Made by a program: the position numbers and the translations under genes | IMG/VR virus record: IMGVR_UViG_3300046717_000225 | Coordinates: 15,320 to 79,319 of that record | Origin: a virus | Lineage: Duplodnaviria > Caudoviricetes | Length of the DNA: 64,000 nt | Direction: 5' to 3' (one strand) | Shown here: one piece after another, positions 26,470 through 34,221 of the stretch | Layout: each line of letters starts with the position of its first letter | How positions within the stretch are numbered: the stretch's first letter is position 1 | Notes under the pieces: generated by a model | The model's input: the letters and a program-made list of their open reading frames with translations, nothing else | What the model was told of the DNA's origin: nothing | Databases searched by the model: none

Positions 26470-27519
26470 ATGGCCGCGCACAGGAAGCCGAAGGAGAAGC
26501 GCGCCCTTCTGGCGGGCGCAGTGGGGGTGAGCACAGTTGCCGTTGCCCTCACCGTGGGCAGCGGCAGTCCAGCCTCGGCCGCGAGCACGTCGACGTGGGA
26601 CAAGGTGGCCCGGTGCGAGTCGGGCAATCAGTGGAGCCGCACGTTCAGCACGGGAGTTCCTCTGGGGGGCGGACTCCAGATCAAGGACGCGACGTGGGCA
26701 GCGTACGGGGGGCTCAAGTACGCCCCTCATCCCTACCTCGCGACCAAGACGCAGCAGATCGCAGTGGCGGAGAGAGTCCTGGCGGGACAGGGAGCCCAGG
26801 CGTGGGCATGCGCGCCTCAGGCCGGACTGACGACGTCACAGGCAGCCCCTCGCCCCCTGCTTCGCAGTCAGGCAGCCCCGGCAGCTCCCCGAGCGGCAGC
26901 CCCGTCCAGCCGAGCGGCACGAGCAGTCGCCTACGCGATCAGCAAGATCAGCAGCGCCCCGTACCTGTGGGGCGGGAACGGGCCGACCCGCTTCGACTGT
27001 TCGGGCCTCACGTCCCAGGCGTGGCTGCATGCGGGAGTGCGTATCCCACGGACAGCGGTACAGCAGCTCCGGGGACTGCCACGGGTGTCCCTCGGCTCGA
27101 TCCGTCCGGGCGACCTGGTGGTCTACTCGTTCAACTCCTATGCGGATCACGTGGCGCTCTACGTGGGCTCGGGCAGGACGGTTGACACCGCCACGCACCA
27201 CGTGAACTCAGGAGTCGGCTACAGCACGCTCCACCGGGCCGGAGGGACGATCGCCGGCGTGGTGCGCCCGTACGGGTCGACGGCCCCGGCCCGGTCCGCC
27301 GCACCGCCGAAGGCGCACACGGAAGCCTCCGAAGGGGCGCAGCCCGTGGCCGCCGGTACGTACACCGTGGTCGAGGGCGACTGGCTGACGAAGATCGCCC
27401 GTGCGCACAGGACGACCTGGCACGTGATCTACAGCCTCAACCGGGACCGGATACAGGACCCGGACCTCATCTATCCCGGCCAGGTGCTGCGCATGCCCGA
27501 GGGAGCGATGACCACGTGA
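26470..27519 (+). CDS. rpf: secreted Rpf-like transglycosylase + NlpC/P60 + LysM
   Basis: Signal peptide; TWDKVARCESG..W....GGLQI...TW...QQIAVAERVLAGQG..AW..C; PYLWGG..FDCSG...HVALY; YTVVEGDWL..IA...DPDLIYPGQVL. Confidence 0.9.
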   Translation: MAAHRKPKEKRALLAGAVGVSTVAVALTVGSGSPASAASTSTWDKVARCESGNQWSRTFSTGVPLGGGLQIKDATWAAYGGLKYAPHPYLATKTQQIAVAERVLAGQGAQAWACAPQAGLTTSQAAPRPLLRSQAAPAAPRAAAPSSRAARAVAYAISKISSAPYLWGGNGPTRFDCSGLTSQAWLHAGVRIPRTAVQQLRGLPRVSLGSIRPGDLVVYSFNSYADHVALYVGSGRTVDTATHHVNSGVGYSTLHRAGGTIAGVVRPYGSTAPARSAAPPKAHTEASEGAQPVAAGTYTVVEGDWLTKIARAHRTTWHVIYSLNRDRIQDPDLIYPGQVLRMPEGAMTT

Positions 27520-27701
27520 CGGACGAGCCGTACGACGTGAAGGTCGAATACGTTCTGCTGTCCGGCTACTCGTCCACGGCCTACCTGGACCGGCGGGACG
27601 GAGACACGGCGACGGGTGTGAACAAGTACACGGACGAGCCCGTGACCGTCCGGTGGGGCGGGGTCAGGTGGACTGAGATCGACCCGGGTGCAGTAGCCTG
27701 A
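27516..27701 (+). CDS. hypothetical protein
   Basis: GTGA overlap, 61 aa. Confidence 0.55.
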   Translation: MTDEPYDVKVEYVLLSGYSSTAYLDRRDGDTATGVNKYTDEPVTVRWGGVRWTEIDPGAVA

Positions 27702-27721
27702 GCCCGCTCACTCAACAATCA

Positions 27722-27756
27722 GAGGCCCCCGGGGTGTGTCCACGGTCGGGGGCCTC
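27722..27756 (+). terminator. hairpin before terL
   Basis: 10-bp inverted repeat GAGGCCCCCG/CGGGGGCCTC. Confidence 0.5.
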
Positions 27757-27786
27757 GCCCCTGCCCGGACCGCCTATCCTCGGTCC

Positions 27787-29151
27787 ATGAGTGATCGGCA
27801 GCGCAGAGCGGGCCAGGCGGCGGAGCGTCTCCTGCTCCACGCGAGCACGCTCACCGAGCCCCGCTGGACCCCGCTCCCCTACCAGGTCCCTCCGCCCGGG
27901 GACTGGTACGGCTGGCTGCTGCTCGCCGGCCGTGGAGCCGGCAAGACCGACGCCTGCGCCAAGTACATCTCCGATCATGTCGCCGGACCGCCGTGCCTGC
28001 CCGGTCCGGTCCCCCACTGGGTCGGCATCATCGCTCCGACCCTGGGGGACGCGGCCACGAGCTGTGTCACCGGACCGTCCGGCATCCTCCGTCACAGCCC
28101 CCAGGCCAAGATGGTCAACACGATGGGCGGCACGGTCGTCCGCTGGCCCAACGGAAGCGTGGCCAAGCTCTTCGGCGCCAACACCCTGGAGGACACGGAG
28201 CGCCTGCGGTCCGGCGGTAACCGGTGCGCCGTATGGGGTGAGGAGATGGCCGCGTGGCGTTATCTGGACGAGGCCTGGGCTCAGATGCGGTTCGGCCTGC
28301 GTACCGGCCCCAGGCCGCACTGGGTGGCGAGCACGACCCCCAAGCCCCGCCCGCTCATCAAGAAGCTGGCCGCCGGGGGAGAGGCCAAGGTCGTTCTCAG
28401 CCGGGCCTCCATGTACGACAACCCCCACCTCCAGGAGCACGTCCGCCAGGCCCTGCTGGACGAGTACGAGGGCACCGACCTCGGCCGGCAGGAGCTGAAT
28501 GCCGAGCTGCTCGACGAGGACAGCAACGCCCTGTGGACGCGGTCCTCCGTGGAGGCGAGCCGTCTCGCCGTGCCGGACACGAAGCTCATCCGCGTCACGA
28601 TCGGCGTGGACCCCTCTGGCGGAGCCGGCGAGCAGGGCATCGTCGCCGTCGGCAAGGGAATGATCGTCCGGGACCATGAGGACCCCCGCAAGCGCGTCCC
28701 CCTGCCGCACGGCTACGTCCTCGGCGACCGGACCGTGCACATGCGCCCGGAGGGCTGGGGGCGGGCAGCAGTCCAGGCTGCTGTGGAGTTCGAGGCGGAC
28801 GACATCTGTGTCGAGATCAACTTCGGAGGGGACATGGCCGTCTCGACCATCCGTGCGGCAGCCGACGCCATGGGAGTCAACATTCCGATCAAGGTTGTCC
28901 GTGCTACCCGGGGCAAGCAGGTCCGTGCGCAGCCCGTGAGCGCGCTCACCGCACAGGGCCGGTTCCACATGGTGGGGGTGCACCCCGAGCTGGAGGATCA
29001 GATGTGCGTCTGGTACCCGGAGCTGGACTGGAGCCCCGACCGGCTGGACGCGATGGTCTGGCCCGCCTGGCACAACCGCATCGTCAAGATGACCATGACC
29101 GGCGGGGCTGTGAGCGGCGGCATGGAGCAGATGGCGCGCTCGATCGGGTGA
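27787..29151 (+). CDS. terL: terminase large subunit
   Basis: LLAGRGAGKT (Walker A), WGEEMA (Walker B), TTPKP, IGVDPSGG, SPDRLDAMVW nuclease motifs. Confidence 0.92.
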   Translation: MSDRQRRAGQAAERLLLHASTLTEPRWTPLPYQVPPPGDWYGWLLLAGRGAGKTDACAKYISDHVAGPPCLPGPVPHWVGIIAPTLGDAATSCVTGPSGILRHSPQAKMVNTMGGTVVRWPNGSVAKLFGANTLEDTERLRSGGNRCAVWGEEMAAWRYLDEAWAQMRFGLRTGPRPHWVASTTPKPRPLIKKLAAGGEAKVVLSRASMYDNPHLQEHVRQALLDEYEGTDLGRQELNAELLDEDSNALWTRSSVEASRLAVPDTKLIRVTIGVDPSGGAGEQGIVAVGKGMIVRDHEDPRKRVPLPHGYVLGDRTVHMRPEGWGRAAVQAAVEFEADDICVEINFGGDMAVSTIRAAADAMGVNIPIKVVRATRGKQVRAQPVSALTAQGRFHMVGVHPELEDQMCVWYPELDWSPDRLDAMVWPAWHNRIVKMTMTGGAVSGGMEQMARSIG

Positions 29152-29229
29152 CGCACGAAGGGGCCCCGAAGGGCCCCGACGCGAGAGGTGCGCTGACCAA
29201 GCTGCGCTACGCCTTCCGGACGGCGGCCC

Positions 29230-29303
29230 GGTCGGAGGCGGGATTTGAACCCGCGACATCCTCTTCCCCATCAGGGTACCCCGATCGGATAAGCTAAATC
29301 CTC
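29230..29303 (-). pseudogene. degenerate tRNA-like element (intact T-arm only)
   Basis: Minus strand GTCGCGGG-TTCAAAT-CCCGCC; acceptor, D and anticodon arms do not fold canonically by eye. Confidence 0.3.
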
Positions 29304-29486
29304 GTGGTCACTCTCTCGCTCACTACCGTGCTGGTCGTTTTCCTGCTGGGGTTCCTGCTGCACCGGCACGCCTCGGTCCGTATCGCGGCCGTCGGCTGCT
29401 TCGTACTGGGGGTCCTCGTAGCTGCGAACCCCGTGGTCCACACGGTGGTGCATACTCTCGACGGAGCGTTCAACGCGCTCGTCTGA
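29304..29486 (+). CDS. membrane protein (2 TM)
   Basis: Hydrophobic 60 aa. Confidence 0.55.
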   Translation: MVTLSLTTVLVVFLLGFLLHRHASVRIAAVGCFVLGVLVAANPVVHTVVHTLDGAFNALV

Positions 29487-29502
29487 TCCCCTAGGAGGGG
29501 CC

Positions 29503-29727
29503 ATGGCCGCAAAGTATGTGCTCGATCTGGCCGAGAGAGTCGGCTCCACGTTCCTGCTCGCTGGGGCGTCCGTCCTGGTGGCTGCGGGGCCCGCCGACCT
29601 CTTCCACGCCAGTACCCTCCAGGCCGCAGGCGCAGCCGGCCTGGCCGCTGCACTGACCCTGGTCAAGGGCCTGCTCGCCCGGTACGTGGGCAACAAGGAC
29701 AGCGCGTCCCTGGCCAAGGGCGTCTGA
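29503..29727 (+). CDS. holin (r1t-like)
   Basis: DLAERVGSTF...AGAAGLAAALTLVKGLLA pattern; GGAGG RBS. Confidence 0.7.
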   Translation: MAAKYVLDLAERVGSTFLLAGASVLVAAGPADLFHASTLQAAGAAGLAAALTLVKGLLARYVGNKDSASLAKGV

Positions 29728-29839
29728 ACCCGGAACCAAACGGTCCTGCCGGGTATCCCTACAGACAGCGGGGTGCCCGGCCTGTGACCACCTCCACGTC
29801 AAGCACGCTTGGCACCCCGTCTACCGATCAAGGAATCCG

Positions 29840-30103
29840 TTGACCAGACGCCGATGGGCCGCGTACGGGCTCGTCCTCCTCAGCGCGGCAGTGGTCGTGT
29901 TCGTCCTCCTGACCGGCGCAGACTCCCGCCCGGACAAGACCGCCTGCAAGTCCGCCATGCGGGCCCAGTTCGCCTACGGCATGGCCCACCCGGACGCCCC
30001 AGCGGGTACCCGGCCGGGCGCCTGCAAGGGCGTGAGCGACGCGGACCTCCAGCGCTTCACCTCCGAGATCATGAACGACTACCTGAACGGGGGCGGCTCA
30101 TGA
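29840..30103 (+). CDS. membrane-anchored/secreted small protein
   Basis: N-terminal TM, two Cys; TTG start. Confidence 0.55.
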   Translation: MTRRRWAAYGLVLLSAAVVVFVLLTGADSRPDKTACKSAMRAQFAYGMAHPDAPAGTRPGACKGVSDADLQRFTSEIMNDYLNGGGS

Positions 30104-30309
30104 CCACGGTGCAGATCGTCTTCTGGGTCCTGTCCATCGGGGCCGTAGCTACTCTGGTCGGGTTCCTGTTCGCCACCTGGGCCCAGCTGTTCCGTTACCT
30201 GCGTGCGGGCACGGCCGCGTTCGAGCGGTACACGGAGCAGCCCGACCTCCCGGTCCCGCACCCGCCCACGGCCCCCAACGACCCCTACTCCGGATGGGAC
30301 CGACGATGA
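30100..30309 (+). CDS. membrane protein
   Basis: ATGA overlap; TM helix, Pro-rich tail. Confidence 0.55.
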   Translation: MTTVQIVFWVLSIGAVATLVGFLFATWAQLFRYLRAGTAAFERYTEQPDLPVPHPPTAPNDPYSGWDRR

Positions 30310-30725
30310 GCGTCTTCCTGGTCCCGGTGCTGCTCGTGCTGGCCTCGTACCGGGGCACCCGCCTGGTCGTCCGGGACGATTTCCCGCCCCTGCTCTGGAT
30401 GCGCGACCGGCTCGCCGGCGGGTGGCGTCCCGCGACCGAGGCGGAGCACAAGAAGGTGCTGAGTCCGGAGTACCTGAGCACTCCCGTACTCGAACGTCAG
30501 CCGACCATGGAGCATGAGGGGCAGCTCAAGGTCTGGATTGAGCGTGCGTCCTGGTCCCCGCACTGGCTGGCCGAGCTGGTCACCTGCCCGTGGTGCGCCT
30601 CGGCCTACGTGTCCGGCGCCCTGGTCGCGCTCACGTGGGCGTTCGCCGGGCTGCCCGTGCCGCTGCTCATGTGGCCCGCCGTGTGGGCCGGGTCCGCTCT
30701 CCTGGCCAGTCGGGAGTGGGCGTGA
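30306..30725 (+). CDS. DUF1360-like membrane protein
   Basis: LASYRGTRLVVRD...R...WLAELVTCPWCASAY. Confidence 0.7.
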   Translation: MSVFLVPVLLVLASYRGTRLVVRDDFPPLLWMRDRLAGGWRPATEAEHKKVLSPEYLSTPVLERQPTMEHEGQLKVWIERASWSPHWLAELVTCPWCASAYVSGALVALTWAFAGLPVPLLMWPAVWAGSALLASREWA

Positions 30726-30866
30726 TGGACGACTTCACCCTGTTCGTGCTCGGGGTCACCGGGGGCGCGGTGCTCGTGCTCGGTCTCGGGTATCTGGCCC
30801 TGCGGAGGTGGGCATGAGCCTGCTGCGCCGTATCCGGGACTGGCTGTACGAGGGGATGATCCGGGA

Positions 30867-31106
30867 ATGACCAACCAGCCGAGCGTGGGCCGCATCGTGC
30901 ACTACGTGAGCTACGGGACACCCGGCGGGGAGTACACCCCGCAGTGCAGGGCCGCGATCATTACGGAGATCGTCAACGACGGCCTTGTCGGCCTGGCGGT
31001 GCTGAACCCAACGGGACTGTTCTTCAACCGATCCCAATACGACGATCTGGAAGGGGCTGCACCGCAAGGTGACTCCTGGCACTGGCCGGAGAGGACAGGA
31101 TCATGA
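30867..31106 (+). CDS. conserved-looking small beta protein
   Basis: PSVGRIVHYV...RAAIITE...LAVLNPTG...WHWPER. Confidence 0.65.
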   Translation: MTNQPSVGRIVHYVSYGTPGGEYTPQCRAAIITEIVNDGLVGLAVLNPTGLFFNRSQYDDLEGAAPQGDSWHWPERTGS

Positions 31107-31390
31107 CCGAACCGCCTCAGGGCCCTCCGCCCTTCGACCCCGCGCACCCGGCCGTCGGCAGCGTGCAGGCGTGGCTCAACCTCGGCAAGCAGCGCACCCC
31201 GCAGGGCGAGTTCCTCATCCTCACGCTCCGGGTGCCGAACACGACCGTCACCGCCCTGCTCAGCAAGTCGGATGCCCAGGCCTGGATCGACGCCCTCCAG
31301 AACGAGGTGAACCAGATGTCCAGCCTGGTGATCGCGCCCCCGGGCGCAGTCGTTCCCCTGGGGAACTCGAACGGACGGCCCCATGGCTGA
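31103..31390 (+). CDS. hypothetical protein
   Basis: ATGA overlap, 95 aa. Confidence 0.55.
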   Translation: MTEPPQGPPPFDPAHPAVGSVQAWLNLGKQRTPQGEFLILTLRVPNTTVTALLSKSDAQAWIDALQNEVNQMSSLVIAPPGAVVPLGNSNGRPHG

Positions 31391-31973
31391 GTACAAGCTG
31401 TTCGAAGGCGATGTCCCGCACGTGAGCACGGCCGCGTTCCATGCCTACCGGGAGCGCGCCCCGCACCTGGAGCAAGCTGGACACCGGCCTCGGCTCCTGC
31501 TCGCAGCCGAGTTCGTACGGGAAGCCCTGTCCCGGCCGGACGCCTTCACCGTGTCCGACCTCGGCTGCGGGGACGGCGGCCTGCTCAGTCTGATCAAGGG
31601 TATTCCGGACACGATCTCCTGGGGGTACGACTTCTGCCCGGCGAACGAGGCCGGGTGGGCTGAGCGCGGGGTCAAGGCCTACCTCAAGGACGCGCTCTCC
31701 GACCTTGATGCTGTGGGTACCGTCGGCGACGTCGTGGTCATGACCGAGGTGCTGGAACATATCGCCAACCCTCACGGTGTTCTGCGTCGTTTGCGGTCCC
31801 GGTCGAAGAGCCTGGTCTGCTCCAGCCCCTGGAACGAGAACCTGAACAACCACAGCCCCGAGCACGCCTGGGCCTGGGACCTGGAAGGCTACGCCTCCAT
31901 GATCCAGTCTGCGGGCTGGACCATCGAGCGGCACCAGCAGGCCGGACTGTTCCAGGTCGTGCTCGCGCGGTAG
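31383..31973 (+). CDS. class I SAM-dependent methyltransferase
   Basis: VSDLGCGDGGLL; DVVVMTEVLEHIANP. Confidence 0.85.
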   Translation: MAEYKLFEGDVPHVSTAAFHAYRERAPHLEQAGHRPRLLLAAEFVREALSRPDAFTVSDLGCGDGGLLSLIKGIPDTISWGYDFCPANEAGWAERGVKAYLKDALSDLDAVGTVGDVVVMTEVLEHIANPHGVLRRLRSRSKSLVCSSPWNENLNNHSPEHAWAWDLEGYASMIQSAGWTIERHQQAGLFQVVLAR

Positions 31974-32003
31974 CCTGAGGATCGTCCTCGGACGGACAAC
32001 GAG

Positions 32004-32034
32004 AGCCCCTGCACTGGATAGCGGTGCAGGGGCT
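32004..32034 (+). terminator. terminator hairpin before portal
   Basis: 11-bp inverted repeat AGCCCCTGCAC/GTGCAGGGGCT. Confidence 0.6.
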
Positions 32035-32099
32035 TCGTCCTGCGCACGGCCCGTCTCCCGATCCCCGGTATCCTGCCCCCGACATGATCGGGAGGCGCC

Positions 32100-33875
32100 A
32101 TGGCCTGGAAGCCCTTCGGCCGCAACACCCCAGCCGCTGTTACGGCCGCTGCCGCTCCGCCGTCCCTCACCGCCGCAGCGGCCAAGCCCAAGGACACCAG
32201 CGCGCGGTTCCTCCGCCACCCGGACAAGTGGCAGAACGAGGTCTGGGCCTACTACGACAACCTCGGCGAGTTCAACTACGGGGTGTGGTGGCTGTCCAAC
32301 ATGCTGAGCCGGGTCCGGCTACGGGCAGCAAAGCTCCAGCCCGACGTGGACGAGCCGGACATCGTGAACGAGGGCCCGGCTGCCGAACTGATGATGAGCC
32401 TCGGAGGCGGCGTCACCGGCCAGGCTCAGCTCATGAAGCGCCTCACCGTCCAGCTCTCCATCCCCGGGGAGGGCTACCTGATCGGCGAACAGCAGAACGG
32501 CAAGGAGCGCTGGCAGGTCCGCTCCGTGGACGAGATCCGTTCCCAGTCCGGCGGGTACTACGTCATGGACGAGAACAGCGTCAACACCGGGCAGGACTGG
32601 CGGCCCCTGGCGGGGGACTCGTTCGTCACCCGGGTCTGGCGTCCGCACGACCGCTACTACCACCTGGCCGACTCGCCGGCCCGCTCCGCCCGGGACATCA
32701 TGCGTGAGCTGGAGCTGGTCAACCGGAAGATCGTGGCAGAGTACCTGAGCCGTCTGGCGAGCGCGGGCATCATCGGCATCCCGGACGAGCTGACCTTCCC
32801 CGTGCGCGAGGAGTTCGCCGACGCGCCCAACCCCCTCGTGGCCGAGTTCATCGAGATCGCCGCACAGGCCATCGAGCACCCGGGCACGGCGAGTTCCGTC
32901 ATCCCGATCCCGCTCGTCGGCCCGGCCGAAGCCATCAAGGCCATCACGCACATCGACTTCACCTTGGCGATGGACAGCGAGATTATCGCCAAGCGGGACA
33001 GTGCGATCAAGCGCCTCGCGACGAAGCTCGATATGCCCGCAGAAGTCCTGCTCGGCATGGGCGACGTGAACCACTGGGGGGCCTGGCAGCTGGAGGAGGG
33101 TGCGCTCAAGACGCACATCGCGCCCGTGGCCGAGCTGATCTGTGACTCCCTCACCCGGGGCTACCTCGGTCCCCGGCTGGAGGCCAGCGGAGAGGACCCC
33201 ACGGACTGGGTCGTCTGGTACGACATGAGCGAACTCGCCCTCCGGCCGGACAGGTCCGAGAACGCCCTGACCGCGTACGACCGGCTGGAGTTGAACGGCG
33301 AGGCTCTGCGACGCGAGGTCGGGTTCGACGAGGACGACGCCCCCACGCCCGACGAGCTGGAGCAGATGGGTCTCAAGCTCCTGCTGCGCACCGTGCCCGC
33401 CGTCGCGCCCGAGGCGCTGGACAAGCTGGTGGGCCGGAAGGTGTTCACCCCGGAGGAGATCGCAGCGACCAAGCCGAAGCCGCCGGTTCCCGGGGCACCC
33501 CCGGGCAAGGCCCCGTCCGCACAGGGTCCGCCGGACACCCAGGGCAACGCACCCCCGCCTCCGGACCAGGGGGTCAAGCAGGCTGCCCGCAGCGCCAAGC
33601 TCCTCCAGCAGGCCCGCACGCAGCACATGGTCCGCTTCCGGGCGACCACGGGAGCGACCGAGCTGCTGCACCCCCGTCTGTGCCACGAGTACGAGTACTC
33701 CTGTCCCTTCACGCACGCGGTGAATGCGGGAGGCCGGGCCCGGCCGGGTACCTCCGGCGTCTACCTGTGCCACCTGGACAGCATCGGCCGGTTCGTTCTC
33801 GACGGGCCGTCCCCGTACTCCACGACGGGCGATCTGATCAGCACGATGATCCCGGCGGTGAACGGACATGGCTGA
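32100..33875 (+). CDS. portal protein
   Basis: Size and position; WQNEVWAYYDNLGE, RVWRPH, SPARSA, LGMGDVNHW patterns of actinophage portals. Confidence 0.8.
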   Translation: MAWKPFGRNTPAAVTAAAAPPSLTAAAAKPKDTSARFLRHPDKWQNEVWAYYDNLGEFNYGVWWLSNMLSRVRLRAAKLQPDVDEPDIVNEGPAAELMMSLGGGVTGQAQLMKRLTVQLSIPGEGYLIGEQQNGKERWQVRSVDEIRSQSGGYYVMDENSVNTGQDWRPLAGDSFVTRVWRPHDRYYHLADSPARSARDIMRELELVNRKIVAEYLSRLASAGIIGIPDELTFPVREEFADAPNPLVAEFIEIAAQAIEHPGTASSVIPIPLVGPAEAIKAITHIDFTLAMDSEIIAKRDSAIKRLATKLDMPAEVLLGMGDVNHWGAWQLEEGALKTHIAPVAELICDSLTRGYLGPRLEASGEDPTDWVVWYDMSELALRPDRSENALTAYDRLELNGEALRREVGFDEDDAPTPDELEQMGLKLLLRTVPAVAPEALDKLVGRKVFTPEEIAATKPKPPVPGAPPGKAPSAQGPPDTQGNAPPPPDQGVKQAARSAKLLQQARTQHMVRFRATTGATELLHPRLCHEYEYSCPFTHAVNAGGRARPGTSGVYLCHLDSIGRFVLDGPSPYSTTGDLISTMIPAVNGHG

Positions 33876-34221
33876 GGTGGAGGAGTGGGGGTCCTGGATA
33901 CGGGAGAACTTCGACATCGATCTCGGGGACGGTCACTATGGGAAGTTCTCGGGCTGGGGCCCTGACAGGGATCTGAACCCTCAGTACGAGGGGGTCCCTG
34001 ATGTCGAGAAGTACGGGTTGGAGATCCTGCACCCGAACCCGGCCGGGGCGCCTTGCGTGAGTTTCGTGACCTTCTCAGGCGACGTCCAGCGCAGAATCGA
34101 GCCCGCCCGGCGGAACACGTGGGACGTCCAGGGCTGGGACCCGCTGACGATCAGTCCGTCCGTCCTCTGCTCCTGCGGAGACCATGGATTCATCCGGGAA
34201 GGACGGTGGGTCCGTGCCTGA
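33868..34221 (+). CDS. small Cys/His protein (DUF6527-like)
   Basis: PLTISPSVLCSCGDHGFIREGRW. Confidence 0.5.
   Translation: MAEVEEWGSWIRENFDIDLGDGHYGKFSGWGPDRDLNPQYEGVPDVEKYGLEILHPNPAGAPCVSFVTFSGDVQRRIEPARRNTWDVQGWDPLTISPSVLCSCGDHGFIREGRWVRA

Noticed and set aside
29156-29179. Short direct repeat CGAAGGG(G)CCCCGA after terL as CRISPR or iteron
   Set aside because: Only two adjacent copies with no spacer; more likely part of a terminator region
29230-29303. Functional tRNA gene
   Set aside because: Acceptor stem and anticodon arm do not pair canonically; kept only as a remnant
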